NCBI RefSeq assembly: GCF_009914755.1
Contig: NC_060925.1
Source: the human T2T-CHM13v2.0 reference genome, Homo sapiens
Length of the DNA: 64,000 bases
Strand: one strand, 5' to 3'
A program made the position numbers and the translations under genes. Shown in pieces: positions 41,794 to 58,817 of the stretch. Under the pieces are notes generated by a model that had not been told where the DNA came from, did no database searches, and saw only the letters and a list, made by a program, of their open reading frames with translations. Numbering within the stretch: position 1 is the stretch's first letter; every line of letters begins with the position of its first letter.

Positions 41794-42453
41794 CATATTG
41801 GGTAGACAGTATGCCAAATACGTTGCTGTGAGGGCTCTGTTCTTCTGGAAAAAAGGAAACCAAAAAATTTCAGCCTGATCTACCAGAGGTTGAATCATTG
41901 CCAGGAGAGAAGCAAGAGAGTGATTAGACCAAGGTAGAGGTGAAGTGCCTGCTGTCCTTTTTCAAAGTTCTGCCCTTGTACATACATGGAGAAATAAGTT
42001 ATCCACATTCAGATACACTTTTCCTGAAAAAAAAAAAAAAAAAAAAAAAGTTTTTTTCTGAAATGTTTATCATAACCTTCTATAAAAATGCTTGTTGAGG
42101 TCTTCCTTATGGTGTGACAGGAAGTACTGATAGGCAGGAGAGTCAGATGAAGTAGAGTTATGGGATACAGAAAATTTCTATGAAACCAATTGCCTAAAAT
42201 AATTTATGAAATATAGGATTAATTATACAGTATATTTTTGTGTCTGTTTTGCTTAATAAATGTAAATTCTTTAACACTAAGAGTGATATCTCGCACCTTT
42301 TTTTCATCTCCATTGGGAACCATAGTTCCTGGAACATAGTAAGCACTTCATGAAAGTTTGCTGAATGAATGGTGAAAAAGATTTCTAAACCAGCATAAAT
42401 CAATAACATTATCATATTCAGCTACAAAATGTTTTTGCAAAGAATATAATCTA

Positions 42454-42881
<428 letters not shown>

Positions 42882-43534
42882 TCAACATTACTTCTGGCAA
42901 TGCTATGTATCTTTTTAAATACCAAATGGATGAACTGGAAACATATCTGCTTTCAAGTGCCTATACGAAGAGGCAGGCTGACATGCTGAACAGTTACTTA
43001 CACCTACAGTTTTCTGCTTATATTCCATTATGTTCAATTATCTGAAACATGTCTACCCATGCATAAAATTATTAGTGTAAAATAATTTATCTAATGAACA
43101 CATGATAATGCTGAAATTTGTAATTTTTTAAATGTGTACAGCTCAAAAATTAATGTTAATATTGTATTTCTAATTCAAAATGATGTATTTTAGTAGAAGA
43201 GGCTAATAATCTAGCAGAATAGGCTTAATAATATAATCATATTTATTGCTTCCCACCAGGCCCATCCATGGGCATTTATGTTTTATGTTTTGACCTAATT
43301 ACCAAAATTCAGGTATGATACTGTGGTGAATCATAGAAATAAAATTCCCTCTAGAAATTATCTATTTACAAATTAACCATTTTAAAGATAAAAGTACATA
43401 CAGGATCAATTTTTCTCTGTTCCATTTATATAATGATTTTTAATTACTACCAATATGTCAGGTGTCTTGTCCTAGCTCATAAAGGCTCAGAAGTAATCTG
43501 TTTTGTTTATATTACCAATGCTATTTAAAAAGTT

Positions 43535-45200
43535 CTGGGCAAGTAACACCAGCCAAATGATAGAATAGAATGTCTACAGCCTTCATATCCCCCGAAGCAA
43601 TAATTTGGCAACCATCCAAGAAAAAAATTTGTTTTTTGTGGGAACTTCAGGACCCAAGTAAGCAATTGTGACACTCTGTTGGAGCCCTGGACCAAGGAAA
43701 GTGGCTTTGAGAAGGCAGACCCGTGCTCCAGTAGCAAGCCTGCCACTGAGGATATGGCTACAGACTTGGAAGCAGTACCATCCACTGTGGACTTTTCTCC
43801 ATCCCCACTTGTAAGCAGTCCTGGAGGCAGTCACATCTATCCAAGAACTAGGCAGTAGCGACACCTACCTACACCCTTGATAACTGGTGTGCTGACCACA
43901 GGGACCTGACTGCAGACCTGAATGGACCCAGAATTATGGTCTGGCTCCAGTGCCACTAGACTGAAGTTCCCAGTGCAATTCTGTCTGCCTAAGGACTAGG
44001 CAGGAGCCATGCCCATTTGTGCTTCCTATTAACAGGTCTACCAACTGCAGGCCTGACTGTGGATACAGAAGAAACCCCATGATGTGTCCCTAGGTCTGCT
44101 CAGTCATGGTTCTGGAGGAAGTCTTGTCTGTACTTGGCAGGGATAGGTCTTTATCTGCCAGAATCAGTCTGTAAAGACTGGAAGAGATGACTGCTCCTTC
44201 AAATGCACAGACACAAACACATAGCCACAGGATCATGAAAAGTCAGGCAAATGTGACAAACCCCAAGGTAACAAAGCTCCAGTAACCAATCCTCAGGAAA
44301 TGGATAGCCATGAACTGCTTGATAAAGAATTTTCTTTAAATGTCTTAAATGAGCTCTATGAGCTACAAGACATCTAAATGGCATTCAAATAAAATCAGAA
44401 AAATAGTACACAAACAAAATAAGTTCAATAAGTAGAAATTGTAAGAAACAACAAAAACAGAAGTCCTGGGACTGAAGAATACAATGACTAAACTGAAAAA
44501 TTCATTATAGAGCCTCAACCCCAGATTTGATTAAGATGAAGAAAAAAAATCAGTAAATCTGAAGACAGGTAACTCAACATTATCACACTTTAAAGAAAAA
44601 AGAATGAAAAAGAGTAAAGCGACTTATGGCACCCTATCATGTAAACCAGTATATTATTATGAAAAGACAAGAGGAATAAAAGAAAATGAGAAGAAAGCAC
44701 AAGGAGATAATGGCTGAAATTTTCCCAAATTCAGAAAGGAAAATGGACCTTCAGATTTGTGAAACCCAAAGGTCTTCAATAGGTTGGCTCCAAAAAGATA
44801 TGTATCAAGACACATTATAATAAAACTGTCAATGGTAAAGAAAGAGAATTTTGAAAGCAACAAGAGAAAAGCAACTTGTCACATACAAGAGAGCCTCCAG
44901 AAGACTATCAGGGGATTTCTCCACAAGAGCCTAAATAGGCCAGAGGAATGTGAGATAATATATTCAAAGTATTGAAAGATTTTTTTAAAAAAACCTGCAA
45001 CCTAGAATACTTTGTCCAGCAACACTGTCCATTAAAAATAAAGGAAAGAAAAAAATTTTCCCAGATGAACAAAAACTGGGAAATTTCATCAGCAATAGAT
45101 CTGCCTTATAGGAAGTGATAAAGGGAGCTCTTCAGGTTGAAATGAAAAGATAATCAGCTACAACACAAAAACATATAAAAGCAGAAATCTCACCGAAAAG
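43535..45200 (+). mobile_element. Old L1M (L1MB/L1M4-like) 5'UTR and decayed ORF1
   Basis: ORF-track remnant 'SRHIIIKLSMVKKENFES'; 'cctgcaacctagaatacttt', 'agatctgccttataggaagtgataaagggagctcttcaggttgaaatgaaa' match the L1 ORF1 C-terminus. Confidence 0.75.
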
Positions 45201-45894
45201 TTGCCAAAAAAAAATTGTGGAAACTTTATTAGTTAGGCTGAATTTGTGTAAAAGCAAAACATATTCAATTCACTAAAAATAGTAATTTATTACATTATTG
45301 TGAACCCAGGTATATATCAAATATCATCCTATTGTATTGTGAGAGATAAGAAAAAGTAATTCTTTTTTAGTTACAAAAAGTAAAAAATTCACTGTACATT
45401 TGTATTTCTAACGAACAAAATAGGAGGAAACAAATGGTGCCCGATTAAGAGAATGATGGTATTTTGATGAGAAGTACAACTAACTGCAGCCTGTAAGTCA
45501 CCAAAATGTACAGGCTTACCTCAGGAATTTTGAAGAGAGGTAACATACATTTCTCTATAACATTCAGTTAAATCAACCCAAATCTTAGAGTAGAAACTCA
45601 TTAATCTGTCTGTCTAATAAGGGAATTAGCACCCTAATCTTTATGGGAAATACTCCTTGATCGTAATCTTAAAATCTGATTTACAGTTGCCATGCAACTG
45701 CAGACCACTAGTTGTATAGTTGATTAATCAAGATGTAGGCACTTAATCCAAATTGAACCTGTCATAATATTCCACATCCTTGACAAAAGTAATTGTGTTT
45801 TCAGGTAGAACCTGCCCACTGAAAAACTTAAAGCTCTTTGCTAAAGTTATTATTTATATTTTTTAAAAATTTGGATTAGAAACTGTACATTCTG

Positions 45895-46070
45895 GGGCAA
45901 TCCTATTGCATACTATTATTATTTCTAATGAATGATGAGGATGTTGAAGCAGATAAAGGCAAAATGTCATGTTCATGGATCACATACCTAATAAGTACTA
46001 GAACTGAAATTCAAACAAACATGTTTTGGCTCCAGAGTCTGACAATTAACTGCCATAGTCTGCTGGCGTT
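45895..46070 (-). mobile_element. MIR
   Basis: 'gatcacatacctaataagtactagaactgaaattcaaac...tggctccagagtc'. Confidence 0.7.
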
Positions 46071-47640
46071 TGGTGTATTGTGGTCCTACTATACGTGTAG
46101 TCTATATATACAAGAGAATAGCAGAGAATCTTTAATCAATCCTTTTCCTCAGGTTGAAATGATAAAATATAATAATCCTAGATAGAATCTATAGTGTAGC
46201 AGAAATTCGCAAAAAAAAAAAAAAATTCTCCAATTCCTGAGAGTTCCCACATGCAAAGATCTTGACATTAGACTTAAGTTCACAGCACTGCAAGGTGCTT
46301 CACACCAAGGCATTTACAGTACAACACATCTTATTCTTGCTGTGGAATACTGTTTTCAGATCTAGAAATTCTTTTTCTCAGTCCTTCTCATCATTTTCAT
46401 TCTTCTTATTCCATTGTGTAACTTCAGCCTTAGTTGTCATCTCTTTGATTTTTCTTTATAGCCTCTGTGTACTCTCTTTAAGTCTGAAAGGGTCACCTAA
46501 GAGTGAACAGGACTTTTCTCAATCCCCCAGTCAACTCGTCTAAATAAGAATTATACCTTTGCCTTTCCTACACAACAGAATCACAGCAACATGAAACAAT
46601 TGATATGTGTCTTACTAAGGACTTTTTTTCTTGTAATGAATTTTGCTGAAATGTCTGTACATTTTTACCTTTCATATATTTTGACAAGCCTTTCTGAAAT
46701 CACCATATGGCTACACAAATGCTAGTACAGAGTTTGAGGATTTATTAGGTACCAATTCTGATCTCAGTTTCAGGTAATCAGGAAACAGAGCACTTGTAGT
46801 TTAGCTATTATGAGGTAGGAAGATGCAATGAAAAAGTGGTCAGCAATTTTCAGGACTAAATTCAGAGAAATAAAAGCAATACAGAGCACTAACAGTGACC
46901 TAAATTTCAGAGGAGACTGGTTATAAAAACATTATCACTGTCATCACAGTGGAGAGCTAGTCACTGTGCGCACAATGCACCTGCCCTCATCCCATCCTCC
47001 CCCCTTAAAAGAGCAAATGTATTCACACTGTCTGTATCATCAACAATGATATATTCAGGCACTGCTTCTCTGGAGAAATGAGATAATAAGCAGTGGGTGG
47101 AAAATTTGGCAAGAACTGTGGTAATTGCAGTAATCATAACAGAGATGGTTCCCATTGCTTCATGTTTAAATGAAACTAATAGAAGTAGCTTATTTACATT
47201 CCCAATTCATCACAAAAGTTCTGGCCCTTGTAATAGATTTCTGGATAGTATTGTGCCACTACATATTTTTTATTTCTAAAATATGACCAAAATTTTTTTC
47301 AAATTATAAAAATCTATAATTACTTGTAGGTATCACTAATGGTCATTAATTCATTATGAATAGAAAATGTATTACCTTTAAAAGACTTTTACTTTTATTA
47401 TAACTTATTTAATCAATTAATTTTGGCTGACTGAAAATGAAATTGCATTATAGCATATATATCTATATGCTGATTTTATTTTTTCTGACTGCTACTCTCA
47501 GTATATTCATGGGATCTCCTTTATTTTTCATTTCCTTTCCAATTATCCATAAGTGAACTGTCATTTTATAATATCAGAAATCTATTCTGTATTTGATCAT
47601 AATGAGAAATATATACCATTTATATGTATACACACATATA

Positions 47641-48066
47641 CAGTTGGCCCTTGAACCATAAAGGGTTAGGAAAATCAGCCCCTGTGCAGTCTTCATATAA
47701 TTTTTGACTCCTCAGAAACTTTACTACTAATAGACTACCATTGACTTTACTGATAATACAAACAGTCAATCAACACATATTTTGTAGGTTATATGTATTA
47801 TATATTATATTCTTACAATAAAGTAAGCTGGAGAAAAAAATGTTATCAAGAAAATCATAAGGTAGAGAAAATATATTTACTATTTGTTAAGTGGAAGTGG
47901 ATCATCATAAAGATCTTTTTTTACCCTCATCTTCACAGTTCAGTACACTGAGAAAGAGGAGGAAGAGGAGGGGCTGGTCTTGCTGTCTCAGGAGTGATAG
48001 AGGCAGAAGACAATTTACACATAAGCGAACACATGAAGTTCAAAATTGTTGTTCAAGGGCCAACTA
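47641..48066. mobile_element. Tigger2a-like DNA transposon (TcMar-Tigger)
   Basis: TA then TIR CAGTTGGCCCTTGAAC ... GTTCAAGGGCCAACTA; internal 'tattcttacaataaagtaagct', 'ttaagtggaagtggatcatcataaag'. Confidence 0.88.
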
Positions 48067-48484
48067 TGGTAATAAACACTGCCAATATGCTTTTAAAAAT
48101 ATTATTTAATCAGTTCATTTCTATTCTTCCTTTCCACCTCATATTCTAAGTAGTAAATAATTCACTAGGATCTCTCCAGCTTTCATACAATGTCGTTATT
48201 TTCAAGCTGGGGTTGCTGGTTCCATGACTCAATCCTAGAAGGAAAGGTACCAAGCATCAGTTGGTAGCTTGCCTAGGTTCAGTTTCATTCACTGAAAACC
48301 AGGTGCTTCTCTACATGAAATATCATATTTACTGGTCCTTAGAGTATTCCATGGTTGACATAAAAATTAAAGCATCTTTCTTCCAGTTTTATCATCACTG
48401 AAAAATATTCTGTGGCAACAAAGGAAGACTTCCATATTAAGTTGAATTGGTTTTTCTAGAAAGCGACTTATGAGCACAGGAACT

Positions 48485-48700
48485 TAATATTTGTTAGACA
48501 GTAGCTGTGAGCCAGACTCCCAGCAAAGCGCTTCACAGACATTTAATTCTTACTACAACCCTTGAAGAATAATTATTATCCACATTTGACATATGTAAAA
48601 ACAAAAGGATAGATAAGTTCTGTAACTTGCCCAAGGTTACTATGTTCATACATGATTCAGCTAGTGTAAAACTCATGTAGTTTAACCTCAGTGTGTATGC
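48485..48700 (-). mobile_element. MIR
   Basis: 'atttaattcttactacaacccttgaag...attattatccacattt', 'taacttgcccaaggttac'. Confidence 0.7.
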
Positions 48701-49249
48701 CTTTCAAAATAACCAGATTTCTTTTTCTCTACATCCTTCAACGTGAGACCTAATGAAATTAATGTCCAATTAACTTTGGAATAGTGTTGCTAATGTTTAA
48801 GTGTCAAAACAAATACTTGCATTTTATACTTAATGGTAACAAGAGCTAGAGGGGTAGAGCATTATTTTGTCTGACCTCAAACCTATGTCCACATTTTCTC
48901 ACTAGCCAGCCTTCATTATAGGGGCTATGAAAGCTAATTTCTCTTTGACTTCAGTTCCCCTCGCACCAAGGAGTTATGTGACACAGCTTTGTTCAATGAA
49001 GTATAATTAGACATTATCCCCATCTTCGGGGGAAAACTTTCTCTTTTTCTCATAAAAATAATGTAACTCCTAGATTGGTAGAATGAGAAGCTGAGCCAAC
49101 TCTCTTCGCAAAAGGAAATAATAAAAGTGCACAGTATCGTTAAAAACAGCAATGTCCATGCTCCAAAAGTCAGCTAAAGGCATACAACAAATTGGAAGAT
49201 TTAATTAAAGTAAAATTACTAAAACTTCTATGAAGACAGTGAATGGTGT

Positions 49250-52200
49250 CTTAGCCTAAGGTTGCTCCCATCCCACTCCTACCCTCAGCCCCATTAGCCC
49301 AATATTTCAACCAGAGAGAGGCAAGCTGTGAGAAAATCTCTGCTACCAGAGGAAGCTGACTTGATTTGGAGAAAAACCCATCCCTAGCAATGTTGTTGAA
49401 ACGACAGTAATATTGATTGCAATGATTCAAAGAAACCAACCTCACAACTAGTCTGAGGTTGTGACACTGGTTGTGTCAAGCAACAGACTAGCACACTAGC
49501 CAGAAATTTAATAGGAATATCCAGAAAATAAGGCAACTACACTGGGTCTGGATATGCTTCTCATATCTCTTTGGTCTAGAAGGCTGGTCTACATAAGCAT
49601 AAGAGTGAGCGCATACTCAGGAGATACCAGAGACGGCCCTAGCTACCTACGTGTCTCTGACTGAATTTGAGTCCTAGTGCAGAGAGGTGACATGAGGTGG
49701 CCTAGAAAAAAAGTAAAAACTAGAACACACTTGTAAACTGCCTGAACTTTGAATGCATTCCTTAACATATACCCAGATCTACCGGCAAAGGGTGGAAGAT
49801 TTATTGGCTCAAGGTGTGTACGTATAATTTTGACCAATTACTATCTGATCACTTAGTTATACTAACTAATCTCTAGATGTCAGGCTTAGAAAGAAAATTC
49901 AAAAGGAAATAAAAACCTGAGCAGAGACATCCATGGCCACACACTGAGGGAGAGACAGACTCTACAAAATTAATTCAGGCAAGTCACTAAACAAATAACA
50001 GCAAAATAACAACAACAACAACAATAATAAAAACCATAACTATAACCCCTGGGAAGAGGAAAAATCAGAATTCTGATTTGCTATGGTACATTTTCCAAGT
50101 CATCTACTATGCAGCCAAAAATGCAAGACAATCAGAGAAACAACAGTGTGTCACATACACAGCGGGGAGAAAGCAGTTGATGGTAATTGTCTCTGAGGGG
50201 GCCTGGATGTTGGATTTAGAAGATAAAGACTCTGAAGTCACAATTAAAAATATATTCAAAGAACTAAAGGAAACAATGATGACAGTGGCACATCAAATAG
50301 AGAATGTCAATAAAGACAAAAATTATCAGAACCAATTGGAAAGTCTTCTGTCAAAAAGTACAATAACTGAAATGAAAATAAAACTGAGGGGTCAAGAACA
50401 GATGTGAGCTGGCAAAAGAATCAATAAACTTGTAGACCAACAGGAGATTCTAATCTGAAAAATGGACAATTTTAAAAAATAAAAGACAAGTAATCCTCAG
50501 AAATCTTGTGCAACACCATCAAACACATCAATATATGCATAATGGGAGTAAAAGTGGGTGAAGAAAAGCAGAATGGGCTAGAAAGACTATTTGTAGAAAT
50601 AATGTCCAAAAAATGTTCAAATGGTGAGGAAAACTATCAACTTATGCATCTGGAAAGCTCAACAATCTCCAGATGGGATAAATAAGACATCCATACCTAT
50701 ATGCATCAAATCAATGTATTTGTTCAAAAACAAACAAACAAAATCTTGAAAGAAGTGTAAGGAAAATGACTTATCACATAGAGCAGAACCACAATAAAAT
50801 TAATATCTGGCACCTCATTAGGAATAAATGAATAGCAGAAGGCCCTGGGATGACACATTCAAAGACCTAAAAGGAAGAAAAATAAGTCAACTAAAAATTT
50901 GATACTAAGGAAGACTATTGTTTAAAATGAAGGTCAAATAGGCATTTTAAGATAAATGCTGAGAGAATTTCTTTTCTCCTGAAGGAATTTTTGCAAACCG
51001 AAAGAGAATGACATCAGATGGTAACACAAATCACAAAAAGAAACAAAAGACAATGGTAAAGGTAACTGTCTAGTTAATATAAAAGGCAGCATACATTTAC
51101 TTTATTAATTTTATCAACTCATTTTTTAAAAATTACATAAAACAATATTTATAATGAAATTTTAGGCCTATAAATTAAAAAACAAATATATACGACAGCG
51201 CTGTCATGAAGGATAGAGGAGAATATGTAGCTATTTTGGACTAAAGTTTCTATATTTTAAGTATTAATCAAAGTAGAATGTACTAAGATATACATAATGA
51301 CTGCTACAGAAACCAGTAAGAAAACAACTTTATAGGAGAATAACCCAAAAAGAAATTTAAATAGTCCACTAAAAATATCTGAGCAGAGACATCTATGGCC
51401 ATACATTGAGAGAAAGACTACAAAATTAGTTCAGGCAAAAATATCTACTTTACACATAACAAGACACTAAAGGAAGAACAGAAAAAAGAGACATATAGAG
51501 GACAAATAGCAAAATAGCAGGCATAATCATACCAATAATTGTAATAAATTCCTATTGATTAAATATAAAGAAATTGTCTAACTGGATAAAGGATATGTAA
51601 TTGTATGCAGTCTACAAGAGAACTCTTCATATTTAATGACAAAAATAAGTTCAAAGAAAATAAAAAATACACACCATGCCAATAATAACCACAAGAGATT
51701 CAGAGTGGCCATACTAAAATAGTTTTAAAGACAAAACTGTTCCTACAGACAAAATGGGACATTTTATAATGGAAGTGTTAATCAATAATGTAACAATTAT
51801 AAACTTAAGCACATCTAAAAATAGAGCCCCAAAATTCATGAAGTAAAAACTGACAGAGAAGAGAATTAGACAATTTTATAATAGATACAGACTTCAGTAT
51901 CTCACTCTCAAGAACTGATAGAACACCTAGAGAGAAAATTATCAAAGATATAGAAGAGTTATCCAACACTATAAACAAATTGGACCTAACTGATAACTAG
52001 TAAACACTTCATCCAGCAACAAAATACTCGTCCTTTCAATCACAAAAAAAAATCCCCCAAGGTAATTAATACTCCAGGCTATAAAATAAGGCGAAACAAA
52101 TGTAAAAGGATGGAAATCATATGAAGTATATACTTCAACTGTAATATAATCATGTTACATATCAACAGCAGAAAAAAAATTTAGAAATTAATCAACACAC

Positions 52201-52279
52201 TTATAAAAAACTGATGGATCAATGAAAAAAATAACAGGTTAGAAAGTTTTTTAAACTAAGTGACAATGAAAATACAACA
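49250..52279 (+). mobile_element. Old L1M (L1MC/MD-like) 5'UTR, ORF1 and start of ORF2, all decayed; resumes at 58905-59610
   Basis: ORF1 remnant 'MLDLEDKDSEVTIKNIFKELKETM'; endonuclease-region remnants at 51500-52279. 'aatgaaaatacaaca|tattaattatgagatacaact' is contiguous L1 ORF2 across the nested insertions. Confidence 0.78.
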
Positions 52280-52450
52280 TGTCTAAATTTTGTGCTGCTA
52301 TAGTACTACCACCACAGACTTGGTAATTTACAATGAACAGACACTGATTGGCTCCTGGTTCAAGAGGCTGCAAAGTCCAAGACTGAGAGGTTGGCATCTG
52401 GCAATGGCTTTCTTAGCTGTGTCATCCCATGGCAGAAAGGCAAAAAGGGT

Positions 52451-52457
52451 GAGAGAG

Positions 52458-52503
<46 letters not shown>

Positions 52504-52508
52504 CGCGC
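52451..52508. repeat. (GA)n microsatellite followed by (GC)5
   Basis: Direct reading; lies inside the MST LTR. Confidence 0.97.
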
Positions 52509-52636
52509 AAGAGGGAGCCAACTTCATCCTTTTATAAGGAATACACTCCTGAGATAACAAACCCAATCCATAATGACATTAATCCATTAATGATGACAGA
52601 GCCTTCATGGCCTAGTCACCCCTTAAAAGTCTCACT

Positions 52637-52679
<43 letters not shown>

Positions 52680-52683
<4 letters not shown>

Positions 52684-52757
52684 ATATATTTTTCTTTATT
52701 TGTTTTTCACTTAACATTGTATCAGGACCATATCATTGAAATTTTTTGAACATTTAA
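52680..52757 (-). other. 78-bp 3'-transduced flank between two poly(A) tracts
   Basis: Minus strand reads: L1 end, A-rich tail (52800-52758), TTAAATGTTC...CAAATAAAGAAAAATATATAATT, about A40 (52679-52641), TSD. AATAAA at 52700-52695 is 15 nt before the second tail. Confidence 0.93.
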
Positions 52758-53005
52758 TTTTTTTTTTTTTTTTTTTTTTTATTTTATTTTTTATTTTTTT
52801 GTTATACTCTAAGTTTTAGGGTACATGTGCACATTGTGCAGGTTAGTTACATATGTATACATGTGCCATGCTGGTGCGCTGCACCCACTAACGTGTCATC
52901 TAGCATTAGGTATATCTCCCAATGCTATCCCTTCCCCCTCCCCCGACCCCACCACAGTCCCCAGAGTGTGATATTCCCCTTCCTGTGTCCATGTGATCTC
53001 ATTGT

Positions 53006-56857
<3,852 letters not shown>

Positions 56858-56896
56858 TCATTAGTTGATGCAGTTTCTTCCTAGTCTCGATGGTCT

Positions 56897-57913
56897 TTAC
56901 ATTTTGGCATGATTTTGCAGCAGCTGGTACCGGTTGTTCCTTTCCATGTTTAGTGCTTCCTTCAGGAGCTCTTTTAGGGCAGGCCTGGTGGTGACAAAAT
57001 CTCTCAGCATTTGCTTTTCTATAAAGTATTTTATTTCTCCTTCACTTATGAAGCTTAGTTTGGCTGGATATGAAATTCTGGGTTGAAAATTCTTTTCTTT
57101 AAGAATGTTGAATATTGGCCCCCACTCTCTTCTGGCTTGTAGGGTTTCTGCCGAGAGATCCGCTGTTAGTCTGATGGGCTTTCCTTTGAGGGTAACCCGA
57201 CCTTTCTCTCTGGCTGCCCTTAACATTTTTTCCTTCATTTCAACTTTGGTGAATCTGACAATTATGTGTCTTGGAGTTGCTCTTCTCGAGGAGTATCTTT
57301 GTGGCGTTCTCTGTATTTCCTGAATCTGAACGTTGGCCTGCCTTGCTAGATTGGGGAAGTTCTCCTGGATAATATCCTGCAGAGTGTTTTCCAACTTGGT
57401 TCCATTCTCCACATCACTTTCAGGTACACCAATCAGACGTAGATTTGGTCTTTTCACATAGTCCCATATTTCTTGGAGGCTTTGCTCATTTCTTTTTATT
57501 CTTTTTTCTCTAAACTTCCCTTCTCGCTTCATTTCATTCATTTCATCTTCCATTGCTGATACCCTTTCTTCCAGTTGATCGCATCGGCTCCTGAGGCTTC
57601 TGCATTCTTCACGTAGTTCTCGAGCCTTGGTTTTCAGCTCCATCAGCTCCTTTAAGCACTTCTCTGTATTGGTTATTCTAGTTATACATTCTTCTAAATT
57701 TTTTTCAAAGTTTTCAACTTCTTTGCCTTTGGTTTGAATGTCCTCCCGTAGCTCAGAGTAATTTGATCGTCTGAAGCCTTCTTCTCTCAGCTCGTCAAAA
57801 TCATTCTCCATCCAGCTTTGTTCTGTTGCTGGTGAGGAACTGCGTTCCTTTGGAGGAGGAGAGGTGCTCTGCGTTTTAGAGTTTCCAGTTTTTCTGTTCT
57901 GTTTTTTCCCCAT
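56897..57913 (-). CDS. ORF1: L1 ORF1p RNA-binding/nucleic-acid chaperone, full length
   Basis: 338 aa, MGKKQNRK...NHAKM; REKG, ARR and YPAKLS motifs intact; 63-nt inter-ORF spacer. Confidence 0.98.
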   Translation of the reverse strand: MGKKQNRKTGNSKTQSTSPPPKERSSSPATEQSWMENDFDELREEGFRRSNYSELREDIQTKGKEVENFEKNLEECITRITNTEKCLKELMELKTKARELREECRSLRSRCDQLEERVSAMEDEMNEMKREGKFREKRIKRNEQSLQEIWDYVKRPNLRLIGVPESDVENGTKLENTLQDIIQENFPNLARQANVQIQEIQRTPQRYSSRRATPRHIIVRFTKVEMKEKMLRAAREKGRVTLKGKPIRLTADLSAETLQARREWGPIFNILKEKNFQPRISYPAKLSFISEGEIKYFIEKQMLRDFVTTRPALKELLKEALNMERNNRYQLLQNHAKM

Positions 57914-58817
57914 CTTTGTGGTTTTATCTACTTTTGGTCTTTGATGATGGTGATGTACAGATGGGTTTTCGGTGTAGATGTCCTTTCTGGTTGTTAGTTT
58001 TCCTTCTAACAGACAGGACCCTCAGATGCAGGTCTGTTGGAATACCCTGCTGTGTGAGGTGTCAGTGTGCCCCTGCTGGGGGGTGCCTCCCAGTTAGGCT
58101 GCTCGGGGGTCAGGGGTCAGGGACCCACTTGAGGAGGCAGTCTGCCCGTTCTCAGTTCTCCAGCTGCGTGCTGGGAGAACCACTGCTCTCTTCAAAGCTG
58201 TCAGACAGGGACACTTAAGTCTGCAGAGGTTACTGCTGTCTTTTTGTTTGTCTGTGCCCTGCCCCCAGAGGTGGAGCCTACAGAGGCAGGCAGGCCTCCT
58301 TGAGCTGTGGTGGGCTCCACCCAGTTCGAGCTTCCTGGCTGCTTTGTTTACCTAAGCAAGCCTGGGCAATGGCGGGCGCCCCTCCCCCAGCCTCGTTGCT
58401 GCCTTGCAGTTTGGTCTCAGACTGCTGTGCTAGCAATCAGCGAGATTCCGTGGGCGTAGGACCCTCCGAGCCAGGTGTGGGATATAGTCTCATGGTGCGC
58501 CGTTTCTTAAGCCGGTCTGAAAAGCGCAATATTCGGGTGGGAGTGACCCGATTTTCCAGGTGCGTCCGTCACCCCTTTCTTTGACTCAGAAAGGGAACTC
58601 CCTGACCCCTTGCGCTTCCCAGGTGAGGCAATGCCTCGCCCTGCTTCGGCTCGCGCACGGTGCGCACACACACTGGCCTGCGCCCACTGTCTGGCACTCC
58701 CTAGTGAGATGAACCCGGTACCTCAGATGGAAATGCAGAAATCACCCGTCTTCTGCGTCGCTCACGCTGGGAGCTGTAGACCAGAGCTGTTCCTATTCGG
58801 CCATCTTGGCTCCTCCC
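57914..58817 (-). promoter_or_regulatory. L1HS 5'UTR: internal sense promoter (YY1 site about 58798-58808) and antisense promoter
   Basis: 904-nt CpG-rich 5'UTR, CAAGATGGCCG intact. Promoter activity is known for the family, not shown for this copy. Confidence 0.88.
58369..58584 (+). CDS. ORF0: L1 ORF0 (antisense, primate-specific, 71 aa)
   Basis: MAGAPPPASLLPCSLVSDCCASNQRDSVGVGPSEPGVGYSLMVRRFLSRSEKRNIRVGVTRFSRCVRHPFL. Splice donors CAG|GTGTGG (58475) and CAG|GTGCGT (58560) are present. Confidence 0.88.
   Translation: MAGAPPPASLLPCSLVSDCCASNQRDSVGVGPSEPGVGYSLMVRRFLSRSEKRNIRVGVTRFSRCVRHPFL

Noticed and set aside
52892-52894. Calling the intact L1 a Ta element
   Set aside because: The diagnostic trinucleotide is ACG, not ACA. 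With G at 52809 this defines pre-Ta.
56900-57870. Additional variants shared by the two L1s (ORF1 QSTS, RYQLLQ, 'gaagcacta'; also ORF2 'DHILG')
   Set aside because: The first three are CpG decays that recur independently, and DHILG may be a normal L1PA2-era allele. Not counted as conversion evidence.
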